From: Octopus bimaculoides
Lineage: Eukaryota
DNA: 56,108 nt
Direction: 5' to 3'
Assembly (NCBI RefSeq): GCF_001194135.2
Contig: NC_068990.1
Location: forward strand, 73,886,826-73,942,933
In this document: piece by piece, positions 39,370 to 51,944 of the stretch
Layout: each line of letters begins with the position of its first letter
Numbering within the stretch: position 1 is the stretch's first letter
Notes under the pieces: generated by a model
What the model was told of the DNA's origin: nothing
Database searches by the model: none
Seen by the model: the letters and a program-made list of their open reading frames with translations, nothing else
Made by a program: the position numbers and the translations under genes

Positions 39370-39555
39370 ATTTGCTCCCACTGGATGTGACACTAGTCCA
39401 CCACAGGATTATTCGTGTTTGCCAGCTGAATAAGCTGGATCAATGTGAAATATATTGCTATGCTCAAGAGCATAATGTGTTACCCAGTGCAGGAATTGAA
39501 ACCACAATCTTAGGATCATGAATCCAACACCTTAACCACTAAGCTAAGTGCATCC
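39370..39555 (-). mobile_element. SINE family D, 5' part
   Basis: gccagctgaataagctggatcaatgtgaaat...ggaattgaaaccac...aaccactaagc. Confidence 0.7.
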
Positions 39556-41126
39556 ACAACCAGGTATGATGACTCCAGAGAGAATTCAGACAATTGTCCT
39601 CGATGTAGACAGATGGATTATCAAACATCTGTAGGCAATTTCAGAATTCTGAAGAAGAGTAGAGTTATCAGATGAACTTAGAGGATGGAGTTAAGAAACT
39701 ACAACCTAGAGGAACTAAAAGTATTGTCTGTTAATATATAAGGAGGAGAAATTAGGGATGGAGATGATGGGTCCTATGTAAGAACAGGCACCACTTATCA
39801 GACAGATTAGTTGCAGCTAATGAATTAAAATAACCAATAGTTAAAATGTTAATTTAAGCCACAAGAAATGAGTTAAGTGAAAAATCTGTCAAATAATAAA
39901 AAAAAAGATAAAAAACAAAATTTTAGGCTACCTCTAATAGATTGAAAACAAAATATAATTTATTTGCTACTAGGATTGGCAGAATGCTATTAGTTTATTT
40001 CATAAAATTTGTGATTTAAAAAAAAGTGCTGTATTTTTTTTAATACATACTTACCTACACACATACCTACAAATATGCATATATATCGATATATCTGCAT
40101 ATATATGAGTGTGTGCATGTATGTGTTAGTGTGAGTTTATATTTATGTATGTATATATGTAAATATATTTACATATGTATATATTTGTGTGTGTATTTGT
40201 GTATGCATATATACATATACATATGTATATGTATATGTATATATACATTTGTGTATGCATATATATATATATATATGTTTATATGTATATACATCATATA
40301 TAAATGTACACATAAACATGCATATATAAATATATATAAACATGGGAAGATGTGAATATTTATATACAAATGTGTACAAATACATATATATATATATTAT
40401 AAATTAGATACATGTATGTATATATACTATATAAATTATATACACATGTGAGTGTATACACATATATGTATATCACACACATATTGCATTATTGGTGAAC
40501 TAATGTTTTAATAGTTGATAATGACTCATAGACATAAAGAGTTAAAATGAAATGTAATAGAAAAATCGTTTATACATTTGGCATTATACATTATAAGTTT
40601 ACAATAAAACTACATAAAAAAAAGCTATCATGTTAGAATATTCCTAAAATGTATTAAATTGGTGTTAAAATGTAAAAGAAAAATATTATAAGCACTTTGA
40701 GAGCAATAATGGTAACTAATGTTTTGAAAGTAATTTCTACAAGTCTTCTGCAGATGACAATTCATGAGTGAGTTTATTTTCAATTATGTTTAGGTTAGCA
40801 ATGACAAATATTAGCAGACAGATAGAACAAGTCAACTTAACAGCTCTGACAAAGTCCTATTTTCAGGCTATTTATTGATTTCTTAATTAGCTATAAAATG
40901 CTGGAGCAGCAGAAGTTGAGTTAGTGGGGGTATAAACAGACAACAGGGTGAGGAATCAGTAGCTCATATCTTGTGAGTATTGAAATTTTTCTGTGTCTAA
41001 TGCTGACACTGTAAAAACGCAAATAAACTTGGTGGGTGTAAGTAGGTCCCTCATGGTGTTCTAGCTCTATAGAGGGCCTCCTCTTGTTTATGACTGATAG
41101 TGAATTTCTTTCCCTGGGATATCAGT

Positions 41127-41228
41127 GACTTAGGTGTAATTATCAACAACCTAAATTTGAGAGCTGACATTAAAAATGAAGTTTATATGACCTGCAGATT
41201 GTGGTATTTGATCCTTAGAAGATTCTAG
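41127..41228 (+). mobile_element. Possible CR1/L2-type RT C-terminal fragment
   Basis: DLGVIINNLNLRADIKNEVYMTCRLWYLILRRF resembles DLGV.I...L....HI...V.KA......I.R.F. Confidence 0.45.
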
Positions 41229-41914
41229 TCTAGAATCTTCTAATCGATGCTGTCATCCTTCTTCTCTCTACTTTCCCTTGGATTGAGAAAATATTGTTAC
41301 CTGCTATATCTAAACAAAATATTATGATAATTGAAGCATTTTTCCATGGGGCAAACCTAAGCAAGTTTTTTTTTATACCTTGTGTGCATGTGTGGAAATA
41401 TTAACAGTTACTTGTGCATACAAGTCCCTTCTCTCTGTGTAACCAACGATGTCCAGTGGATCTAAAAGACCAACATAGTTAGGTAGTAGAACTGAAAGAC
41501 CAATATAGTTAGTCATTGCAAAGATTGCTGTCAGAATACAAGAGTTGAAAAGATACTGCTAGTTATCCCATCCAAAACTCAAAGAGTTAAAACAATCCAC
41601 CACCTGGATCCTAAAAAAATGAAAAGTAAAGGTGACTTTAGCTGGATTTGAACTCACAGCACAGTGATCCAGAACAAATACTGCAAGCCATTCTACCAAA
41701 TGTCTCTAACCACTCTGTTAGTTTATATTCTTTATTGTTGTTCATTGTGCTCTAAAACTGATGAATGTTTATTTAACTATGTTATACTTCTTGGAGAAAT
41801 GTAAGTTAGCTGTAGCTTAGAAATGTTCTGTAAATATATTAGCTAGTACACATAGAATAGATTAAATTCAGAACAAAAATATATGTATCTATTTTATTAT
41901 TTATATTTGGCTTA

Positions 41915-41974
41915 TATGAAACTTTTATAAGTGTTATGTATGAAACTTTTATAAGTGTTATGTATGAAACTTTT
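41915..41974. repeat. 24-bp direct tandem repeat (2.5 copies)
   Basis: tatgaaacttttataagtgttatg twice, plus a partial copy. Confidence 0.9.
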
Positions 41975-42153
41975 GGCCTTTGAGTCATTTTGTAACTTCT
42001 GCCAATTACAAAACTTAAAATATATACTTAATAATAATAATGAAAAACTGATCTACACTCCCAGAGATACATCAAGTTTAATTACAGTTGGTACAGGAAT
42101 CAATTACTCAATTTATTCATAAACAAATCATGATTATAATAGCATACACTAAG

Positions 42154-42376
42154 TACAATGGGTGTGACTGAAGAGTTTTTGGCTTTGAGTAAAAAAAATA
42201 CTAGAGAATCAGTTAATTATGATTTTATTCAACATATTCCCTTCTCAGATACAAGCACTTATTGCAGTAGTCCTTCAGCTTTACTAAGCCTGGTAAAAGA
42301 ACTCTGAAGGTTGGGCCTTCAACCAGGCCTTTCGTGATACTCTTAAAGCTAGGAACTTTTCAGTAACCCCCTCATA
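42154..42376 (-). mobile_element. Mariner-derived MITE
   Basis: Degenerate TIRs (tacaatgggtgtgactgaagagtttttggcttt and aaagctaggaacttttcagtaaccccctcata) with TA ends; minus strand WLKAQPSEFFY...KLKDYCNKCLYLRREYVE*. Confidence 0.8.
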
Positions 42377-42986
42377 TATAATACATAAGAATTATTAATA
42401 AAAGATGAAATATCTATTATCCAATGCTTTTATATGAATATTCCAGAATATATTCATGTTACAATAAAAAAGAATATTTGATAAATGATTAAGTAGAATT
42501 GTCAATTACTAATAGTTAAATGGTATAGAAGCTAGAATTAAGCTTTAGTGATGACATATAAGTGAACAAAATATCAGATATTAAGTGGAAAGTTAGCATC
42601 ACATTGTATCAGTGTTCAAGACATTAACATTCAATTGGAGCAGTTCTGATCTGAAACTGGATCTAAAAGTCAAGAACAACTTGTTGAGGTAAATAAAGAA
42701 AACAATGAAATTAACAAGTATGTTGAAATAAATCTATCCAGTTGATATTCCTGAGAAAGGAGTAAATTCTGTTAAGCTGCGTACACTAGTCATAGATGTT
42801 CATCTACATCTCTGATTCAGTGGATCATGTGAGTGGATTCAGTGGATCATGATGATCACAACAAATTCACAACATTTTTTTATACAGGACTTCAAAGTTA
42901 TGAAGATGTGAGATATTGTGTTGATCATGCTTCTTCAAGAGCATAAATACAGAAATATCACCACATCAGCATTGTTATTGTTGTTG

Positions 42987-43039
<53 letters not shown>

Positions 43040-43040
43040 G

Positions 43041-43206
43041 TTCAGTAGTTATATTTTTATAACGTGCTTTCACTTCACTACCGAGCGCAGCTCTGTGCGC
43101 CTTGGGTATGTGCTGTGGTTTGCTGTGGTGCTCTTATGTTTACTGTATTGAAAGTGTTTTGCGTAGAATGTGTGCAGTACCCAGTAGTGCAATTTTCTGT
43201 ATGTTA

Positions 43207-43209
<3 letters not shown>
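43041..43209 (-). mobile_element. ~170-bp 5'-truncated R4/Dong insertion within (TTA)n
   Basis: NIQKIALLGTAHILRKTLSIQ* plus a 3' UTR nearly identical to 6108-6188; (TTA)n on both sides. Confidence 0.92.
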
Positions 43210-43270
<61 letters not shown>

Positions 43271-43272
<2 letters not shown>

Positions 43273-43710
43273 GGAGGAGGGCTGGCAGGATCATTAGCAT
43301 GCTGGAGATCAAATTCAAATTCAAGGTCCACTTTGCCTTTTATTTTTTCAGGGTCGATAAAATAAGTACCAGTTGAACACTGCAGCTGATATAATCGACT
43401 CATCCCTTCCCCCAAAATTGCTGATCTCCAGGAAAAAATTGAAACTATTATTATTATCATTATTAATATCATTATTATTACTATTGCTAAGGTGGTGAGC
43501 TGGCAGAATCATTAGCACGTTGGGCAAAATGTTTTGTGACATGACATTCCTCTTTATGTTGTGGGTTCAAATTCTGCTGAGGTCAACTTTGCCTTTCATC
43601 CTTTCCTTTCGGGGTTGATAAATCAAGTACCAGTGAAACACTGGGGTTGATGTAATCAACTAGTCCCCTCCCCCAAATTTTCAGGCCTTGTACCTGTAGT
43701 AGAATGGATT
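43271..43710 (+). mobile_element. Two head-to-tail SINE family B copies separated by (ATT)n
   Basis: About 43271-43445 and 43490-43710. Confidence 0.88.
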
Positions 43711-43714
43711 ATTA

Positions 43715-44485
43715 TTTATTGTCTTTGCACAGCTTCTATTGCTGGAGATGTACTATAGTCCCAGCTGTTCACTACCTGTTATTTTATCGAGCACCATCCA
43801 GAGTATTCAAGCGGTTCCAAGCAGTGCTGATTTCTGCAAGCGCTCCACCCTTATTGCAGCCGCTATTTCTTTCATGTACTTCACAAGATTTTTACTCACT
43901 GTTCTCCAAACTCCAGCAAGTATTGGTACTACTACCACCTTTTTCAGCGACCACAACTGTTTAACCTCCCAAGCTAACCTGTTATATCTATCAACTTTTC
44001 TTTCTTCCTTATCATATATCTTGTCAGCTGGGCATGCTATATCTATGATCCAGCATCATTTGCTTTCTTTCTCAATTAACACTATGTCTGGTTTCCTATT
44101 CTCTATCTCATGGTCGCACTGAATCATAAAATCCCATAGGATCTTTGCATTATCATTTTCGATGGTGCCTTCAGGTTTATGTTCATACCACTTTTTGCTC
44201 TGTCAAATCCATAATTGTTGCAAAGTATCCAATGGACAATCCTTGCTTTTTATTATCTCTTATATTCTTTCTGGGCTAGTGGTGTACATTGATTGGTAAT
44301 ATGCTATATGGTTTTACCATTTTGTTTACAAATTCTGCACTTATCACTTTCTCACGTGTTGTCTATTCTGTATTTGATGTAATTTGTTCTTAATGCTTGC
44401 TCTTGGGCAACACAGATTAGGGCCTCTGTTTCTAGTTTTAGATTACTTTTAGTCATCTATAGCCAGATTAAACTGTTGGGAAAGA
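43715..44485 (-). mobile_element. R4/Dong zinc-knuckle and RLE region
   Basis: WYEHKPEGTIENDNAKILWDFMIQCDHEIE*RKPDIVLIEKE...IIDIACPAD...LQKSALLGTARIL. Confidence 0.9.
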
Positions 44486-44489
44486 AAAA

Positions 44490-45130
44490 TCCTAACATCT
44501 AGCTACAACAAGTAACCTTAGATGCCAAGAACCCTCCTTAGTATCCTTGCGGTCCATAATAACAGTTTTCTGGAGCTGTACTAAACTGGGTTTTAAGCCT
44601 ATTTCCTGTAGCCATCTGTTCAAATCTTTAGCGATAGTTTCCATTGCACCAATTACTAATGGGATACATTTTACCTGCACTTTCCATGGTCTCTGCAATT
44701 CAATGGCTAAGTTCTGGTACTTTTTGTACCTCAGTGGCTAGGTCCTGCTTTTTTTTTTTTTTTTTGGTACCTCTCATATTGATTTTTTCAACATTTGTGA
44801 CTGTAAAGTCAATTACCTGGCACCTTCTATTCTCTTTATCTACTACTATCAAATCAGACCTTCTAGCTTCTAATTACTCTGTCAGTCTGAAAGTTAAATT
44901 CCCACATCTATTTATTACATTCTAATACTTTACTAGGTTCATGTTCATACCATTTATCAGTATGTTCAAATCCTAGCTTTCTACATAACTCCCAGTGGAT
45001 TACTCTCCCTAAGTTGACATGTCTTTTCTTGTATTCTTTCTGTGCCAGCATTCTATATTCACTTACCATATGAGTAATGCTTTCCTCTTTTGATTTCCAT
45101 AACCTACATTGGGAACCTACTTAGTTTTTG
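44490..45130 (-). mobile_element. Second adjacent R4/Dong RLE region and 3' UTR
   Basis: KYQNLAIELQRPWKVQVKCIPLVIGAM...LQKTVIM. Confidence 0.85.
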
Positions 45131-45547
45131 TCAATCTTGTCTATCTCACCACCACCACCATCACCACCACCACTGTCACTGCTGCCATCACCACCTCTCA
45201 GACTGTAGTGCACATCTTTTGTGAAAAGTTTGTACCCAGGCATGATATTACGTTTCTTATTTATTCTATAATGTATTTCTCTTCAAATGTTTTCAGATAT
45301 GCACATTATGTACTATGAATGTCTTGAAATTTTTTATTTTCAGGCATAAAAGTGATTGTGTCGCTTGTTCTTGTTGTTCATTTTTTTTTTTTTAATATCT
45401 GTCAGAATGCATTATTATAATAGGAAAAATAAATCCTAAAATTAATTTTGTGCTGCCATACTTTCAGTTATGGCAAGTTTTAAAGGGATGCATTTCTACC
45501 ATAATGTAGGGTATTTCTGTATGTGTGTGTGTGCATGTGCATGTGTG

Positions 45548-45600
<53 letters not shown>

Positions 45601-46359
45601 NNNNNNNNNNNNNNNNNNNNNNNNNNNNNNNNNNNNNNNNNNNNNNNNNNNNNNNNNNNNNNNNNNNNNNNNNNNNNNNNNNNNNNNNNNNNNNNNNNNN
45701 NNNNNNNNNNNNNNNNNNNNNNNNNNNNNNNNNNNNNNNNNNNNNNNNNNNNNNNNNNNNNNNNNNNNNNNNNNNNNNNNNNNNNNNNNNNNNNNNNNNN
45801 NNNNNNNNNNNNNNNNNNNNNNNNNNNNNNNNNNNNNNNNNNNNNNNNNNNNNNNNNNNNNNNNNNNNNNNNNNNNNNNNNNNNNNNNNNNNNNNNNNNN
45901 NNNNNNNNNNNNNNNNNNNNNNNNNNNNNNNNNNNNNNNNNNNNNNNNNNNNNNNNNNNNNNNNNNNNNNNNNNNNNNNNNNNNNNNNNNNNNNNNNNNN
46001 NNNNNNNNNNNNNNNNNNNNNNNNNNNNNNNNNNNNNNNNNNNNNNNNNNNNNNNNNNNNNNNNNNNNNNNNNNNATAAATTTATTATAACCCTGTTCAA
46101 TCACCTGTGCCAAAACACAGATGATGAGTATAAAAAAATCGCTGAAGTTGTACTCAAATGAAGCATTAGCAAATTACTGCATGCTCTATTAAACAGATCA
46201 TGCAGTAATTACCATGTCCTTTTTAATTTAAGCCATTAACCTTGAATCATTAAACAGAGAGAATCGTGGGAATCGTTTAAATTATTTAATAACTGTAGAA
46301 AAAATAAATAAACACATGTATGAAAATAAAATAAAATAAAAATAAGAATATAATAAATA

Positions 46360-46401
<42 letters not shown>

Positions 46402-47204
46402 GCAGCAGCAGCAGCAGTAGTAGTAGTGGTAGTTGTAGTAGTAGTAAAAATTTTGCTGTTTTAAAATAAATATTGACACTTTAAAAAAATTTTTTTTAAC
46501 CTGCATAGCAATATAATGAGTGTTTATTTTTTTGTATTTTAATCTCTAACTCGTTGCTTAGAAATTTAATCCATTACATGGGGATTTATTGAGTTAAGTG
46601 AGATAAAGGCATCACCTTGTGATATAAGGGCTTTTGTAAGGAATTAGCTCGGTTTAGCTACAACTATTGCTACTAAAATATCTGTATTGCAAGGAGCAGC
46701 TGATGCATTTGAAGTATGCAGTTGAAATGATGGTATTTTTATTGCTTGATACATTCCTTGTAAAAGTGATATAATACACGTAATATTGTTGTTGTTGTCA
46801 ATGATTTTTTAACCCTAGGTCAACCCTGATAAGACAGACTTGTGATCAAATACATTTGTACCGTTATTCTCCCATCTTTCTAGTGGTATGTAGGACTCAT
46901 CAACATCTAGTGTGCAATTGCCATCAAAGGCCATCAACAATTTGCTTTTGCAAGGAAATGAAGAGTCTTGTCCAAGAACACATCATGCTGCCAGGTCTAG
47001 GAATTGAATCTGTGACCCTATGATCGGGATTCCTACAACCTAACTATTGAATCACAGATCTTCTCTGTGTAGACCTATATTATCTAATGGATTCCTTTCT
47101 TATTTATGGATGGTAGGTTTGATTTCAAGGAAACTTGGTTGCTATTTCTAGTAGATTAATTGACCTCAAGGAAACTCCCTATTAAACTCAGATATAACAA
47201 TGAT

Positions 47205-47422
47205 AATTTTTTCTACTCTAGGCACAAGGCCTGAAATTTTAGAGGAGGGGGCCAGTTGATTAAATCGACCACAGTACGCGACTGGGGCTTAATTTATCCA
47301 CCCTGAAAGGATGAAAGGCAAAATCGACCTTGGCGGCATTTGAACTCAGAACGTAAAGACAGATGAAATACTGCTAAGCATTTCGCCCGGCGTGCTAACG
47401 TTTCTGCCAGTTCACCGCCTTA
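47205..47422 (-). mobile_element. SINE family B, well-preserved copy
   Basis: Reverse strand: ggcggtgaactggcagaaacgttagc...gagttcaaatgccgcc...aatttcaggccttgtgcctagagtag. Confidence 0.92.
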
Positions 47423-47761
47423 GATATAACAGTGATAATAATGTGCAGGTACGGCTGTGTAAATGCAGACATGGCCTCTGTTCCTCAGAGTTGACTGGTT
47501 TGTCTTCTACCTCTACCAATCAGACAACCCAACCTACTTATCTTCCCACTTTTGGAACATCCAATCCCTTAATCTGACACTAGCCATTATTCCAAGAAAT
47601 TTCTCCCAAGTTCAATGCCATCTGTAATCATTTCCTTGCTCATATCTTTTTACACTGACTGTCACTTCCCCATAAATTCCTGGTCATGTGTCTGTACTAC
47701 AAATCATTATGAGTAGAGTTATGTTGCTGAACACTAAGATTTCAAATATTGATGTATTATG

Positions 47762-48048
47762 ACTGGCACTCCATCAGTTTCAGCTGATCTGATCAATGGA
47801 ACAGCCTGCTTGTGAAATTAATGTGCAAGTAGCCGAGCACTCCACAAATACACATACCCTTAATGTAGTTCTCAGGATGATTCAGCATGACACAGAATGG
47901 GACAATAGAGGTACTACTCATTTTTGCCAGCTGAGTGGACTGGAGCAACAGGAAATAAAGTTTCTTGCACAAAAGGCACAACTTACCACAAGGAATAAAA
48001 CTCAAGGCCTTACAATCTTGAGCTCAATACCTTGACCACTAAGCCATT
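47762..48048 (-). mobile_element. SINE family D
   Basis: Reverse-complement homology to 53915-54212. Confidence 0.85.
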
Positions 48049-48089
48049 TCTGAAAAAATAAAAAAAAAACTATTCATTTCCTCTGGTCT

Positions 48090-48317
48090 CTCTTTACTCT
48101 TTTACTCTTTTACTTGTTTCAGTCATTTGACAGTGGCCATGCTGGAGCACCGCCTTTAGTCGAAGAAATCAACCTCAGGACTTATTCTTTGTAAGCCTAG
48201 TACTAATTCTATTGGTCTCTTTTGCCGAACAGCTAAGTTACAGGGATGTAAACGCACCAGCATCGGTTGTCAAGTGGCGTTGGGGGACAAACACAGACAC
48301 ACAAACATATACACACT

Positions 48318-48354
<37 letters not shown>

Positions 48355-48668
48355 GAGAATATACAAATAATAACAACAGACAAGGACAGGTGGTGTAAAT
48401 AACAAAAGGATATATTAGTATGACGCTCGGGAATACGGAAAGTCTTTGACGTTTCGAGCTAAGCTCTTCAACAGAAAGAATACGGATATATACATACACA
48501 TATATACGATGGGCTTCTTTCAGTTTCCATCAACCAAATCCACTCACAAGGCTTTGGTCGACCCGAGGCCATAGTAGAAGACACTTGCCGAAGGCCCACG
48601 CAGTGGGACTGATCCCAGAACCATGTGGTTGGTAAGCAAGCTACTTACCACACAGCCACTCCTGTGCC
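48090..48668 (-). mobile_element. SINE family A interrupted by a PLE-like insert in its (TA)n linker
   Basis: Tail at 48090-48320, head at 48500-48668, foreign segment at 48353-48486. Confidence 0.9.
48443..48479 (-). ncRNA. Candidate minimal type I hammerhead ribozyme (variant core CUGUUGA)
   Basis: 5'-UCUUU CUGUUGA A GAGC UUA GCUC GAAA C GU C AAAGA-3': 5-bp stem I, 4-bp stem II, palindromic ACGU helix III, GUC triplet. Confidence 0.65.
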
Positions 48669-48749
48669 ACTCTCTACTAATTTTTTTTTTTTTAATTGCA
48701 GGTAAAAATATTCATGTAAAGCAATTTTCCCTACTGGAAGATAAAAATA

Positions 48750-48942
48750 TTCTCTTCTACTCTAGGCACAGGGCTCAATTAGATCGACCCCATTATGCAA
48801 CTAGTACTTAATTTATTGACCCTGAAAGGATGAAAGGCAAAGTTGACCTTGGTGGAATTTGAACTCAGAACATAAAGACAGATGAAATACCGCTAAGCAT
48901 TTCACCCAGCGTGCTAACGTTTCTGCCAGCTCGCCACCTTAC
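48750..48942 (-). mobile_element. SINE family B
   Basis: Near-identical to 47205-47422, with an internal deletion. Confidence 0.9.
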
Positions 48943-49729
48943 GAAGATGAAAATATTGCCAGAGAGAGAGAGAGAAAGAGGTGTCACTTGTCTTAACTGG
49001 CTTAAAATATAAAACATAAAAACCAAAGGATTATGCAAATATTAAAATTCAAATACATTAAAACAGAACAAAGAAGAGCTTTTAATACCTTGAAAAGAAA
49101 TCTCCTTGCATTTATGCATGTGTATGTATGTGTAAATATGTGTTAGTGCGTGATACATTAAATTGGTACACGTAAAAATGTGTGAACATATTTTAATCAC
49201 TGTGAGATTGCTTCCAGGTTACAGCATAATAAGGATAATAGATCCAGTTTCCTGGTTACAACCAAATAAAGAAGGATTTATATACTTGCAAGGAAGGGAA
49301 TAAATAAACCTCAATGTGGTAAATAAATTTTCTAGAAATAACAACTAAATCTCCTTCAAATTATACCATACTGTCTTAAAGAAGTGCAGGGCACATTGAA
49401 TAATATAGTCCTAAATATATCTTTAAAACAGGAAAAACATGAGGTAGTATGGCCATAAATGGAAAGCTTTTGATTATGGGCTTGCTTGATCAAGGCCGAC
49501 TAGGTGCTAAATAACAAACAACAAAGAAGCTATTTCCATAGCCATAGCTTATGTTGTTTTCTACTGTAGTTAAAATGTCATCAGACTTAGCACAGCTGGT
49601 TATTATATTTCATGCTAAGTTGCCGTTATATCAACAAACACTTTACAAAATATTCTGATGGAAAGTCAATTAAATAAAACATAGTTTGGGCAGAAATGTT
49701 TATCAGTCACCACACACATTTTGTATATG

Positions 49730-50720
49730 CTGGTATATAAAGGTGAGATTGTATAAAATTTCAGGGATATACTAACAGGTACCCATCACTATTCAAAAAA
49801 CTGCTAAGGAAAGAACTGATTGTGAGGTAACTAACGATGGTCTTTGGTAGTGAAGAACACTTGGTATATGTGTATATATAAAGGTGAGGACGTACAGAAT
49901 TTCAGGTACATACAATTAGGAACCAACCAGTATTCAAAAAATAGCTAAGAAAAGAGCTGTATCTGAGGGGAACTAATAATAGTTTTTGGTAGCAAATTGC
50001 ACTTGATATGTGAGTATATAAAAGTGGGGTTGTACAGAATTCCAGGTATATACTCCTTTCTATTATAAGCAGAAGGCCTGAAATTTGGGGGAGGGGGATA
50101 GTTGATTACATTGACCCCAGTATTCAACTGGTACTTATTTTATCAACCCTGAAAGGTTACACATCTGATTTCTTCTCAGAAAAGACTTGCCTGAAGTATC
50201 AGAAATCAATTAACTCTCTCCTTATTTAGGGTCAGAACAAGTGTGAGGGCATGCACCATTGCAGAACGTGAAGATGGATGGAACACAGCTAAGCATTTCA
50301 CCTAGAGTGGTAATCAGTCTGCCAGTTAATCATTATTCAAAAAACAGTTAAGAAAAGAATTGAATCTGAGGGAACTAACGATGGTCTTTGGTAGCAAAAT
50401 GCACTTGATATATGTGAGTATATAAAGGCAAGGTTGTACAGAATTTCAGGTATGTACTAATAGGAACCAATCAGTATTCCAAAAACAGTTAAGAACAGAA
50501 CTGAACCTGAGGCAACTAACGATAGCTTTTGGTAGCAAAAAGCACTTAATATAACAATATGCACATGATTCATGAAAAGTGGTGAGAGTTGACATTTTCC
50601 AATGTACTATTTCACATCTGATTTCTTCACAGTAAAAGACTTGCCTAAAATATCAGAAATCAACTAATTCTCTCCTTATTTAGGGTCAGGACAAATGTGA
50701 GAACATGTGCCTTTGTAGTG
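49730..50720. repeat. Higher-order tandem repeat: ~140-bp unit A (about 5 copies) and ~95-bp unit B (2 copies), with a SINE B fragment inserted
   Basis: aaggtgag at 49740 and 49881, variants at about 50021 and 50425; unit B (cacatctgatttctt...tttagggtcag) at 50160 and 50613. Confidence 0.85.
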
Positions 50721-50829
50721 CATTTCTGCATTCACTATTTGTTGATATATTCCTAGGTCCTCCCAGGTGACCTGTCAAGCAGAGTCCCAGTTAGTTCCCA
50801 ACTCTGCATGCCAGAGGGTCATCTGCCAT

Positions 50830-51330
50830 GACCATGATGCATGTGGTCAACCAACACGAGCCATCAACCCTACCAGATCTTGGGTTCAAGACAAATATCC
50901 ATGTCTTTCATTGGCTCCTTGGAACGACTCCATTTTGTCTGTCTCTGCTGCAGCTGAAAATTGGTGACTGCTTCACTTATCTTGCCAGTGAGATTCATAG
51001 CGGCATTAGCTACAAGTCAGAAGTTCTAAGGAGACTTGGATGAACTGGTGCAATTGTGGACTCACTGAACATGGGTGTTTAGTGCTGCAGGAGGACAAAG
51101 GCTTATGTCTTTAGGTCTCTGGCTTTCCTTGTCCTGTTCTGTAGTTGTGAGACTTGAACACTGTCCAGGGCCCTTAGAAGCTGCCAGACTCCTTTGGTAC
51201 TAGGACACTTCACATGATTATGGATTATCATATTGGTTGGATATGAAATCCAACCAATGAGTCTACCCAGAAACTAGGATGTGTGCTCTTGTATGATTTG
51301 GAAGTGCCAGCTCAGACTGTTTAGCGATGT
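50830..51330 (+). pseudogene. RTE LINE RT 3' fragment
   Basis: FTYLASEI...SEVLRRLG...TKAYVFRSL...SCETWTL...QLRLF. Confidence 0.8.
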
Positions 51331-51944
51331 TACTGCTTCTCCATATTTGATAAATTTTATTTTATTTTGAAAATTCAAAAACAGCTATTATATTATTACA
51401 TGATTTCTGTTTGCATTCTCTAAAGAGAAAACTCAGAAAGCATTTCTCAAGTACAGCCTTAAACTTGACGTCTAAAATAAACTAAACAACTAAAAAACAA
51501 AAAGAAACACAAGTAAAGAAAACAAATACAGCTGAACAAATGAACTTCGATTTTTATTTCCAGAATTTCTTTTATAGTAAGTAAAAATAAGAAGTAAGTA
51601 AGGATAAAATGTCTTTTACAAGAGATAGAATTACATGAAAATTTTTTTATTTAAATGTAACTATGTCTCTATAATGTTCAAGAAATTATTAAGAAGGTAA
51701 ACCATAAAACTCTGATTCTTTATATTCAGAATTAGCATTCAGATTTATTTGTCAAATGTAATTCTTTATTTCATTTACATAATTTTGAATTAATCATGCA
51801 TTATCTCGTAACTTCAAGATCCCTTTGAGGTTATTGCTTATTTTTAGAATGACATTGTAGGCTAAGTGTGAGAAGCTGGATTTGGTCAGTATGAATGTAT
51901 AATAGGTTAAATATTCCATTCTGGATATTGCTGGTTTAAATGCC

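Noticed and set aside
46093-46110. 17-nt identity with the SINE at about 2005-2021
   Set aside because: Isolated match with no flanking homology; plausible by chance in 56 kb of AT-rich sequence.
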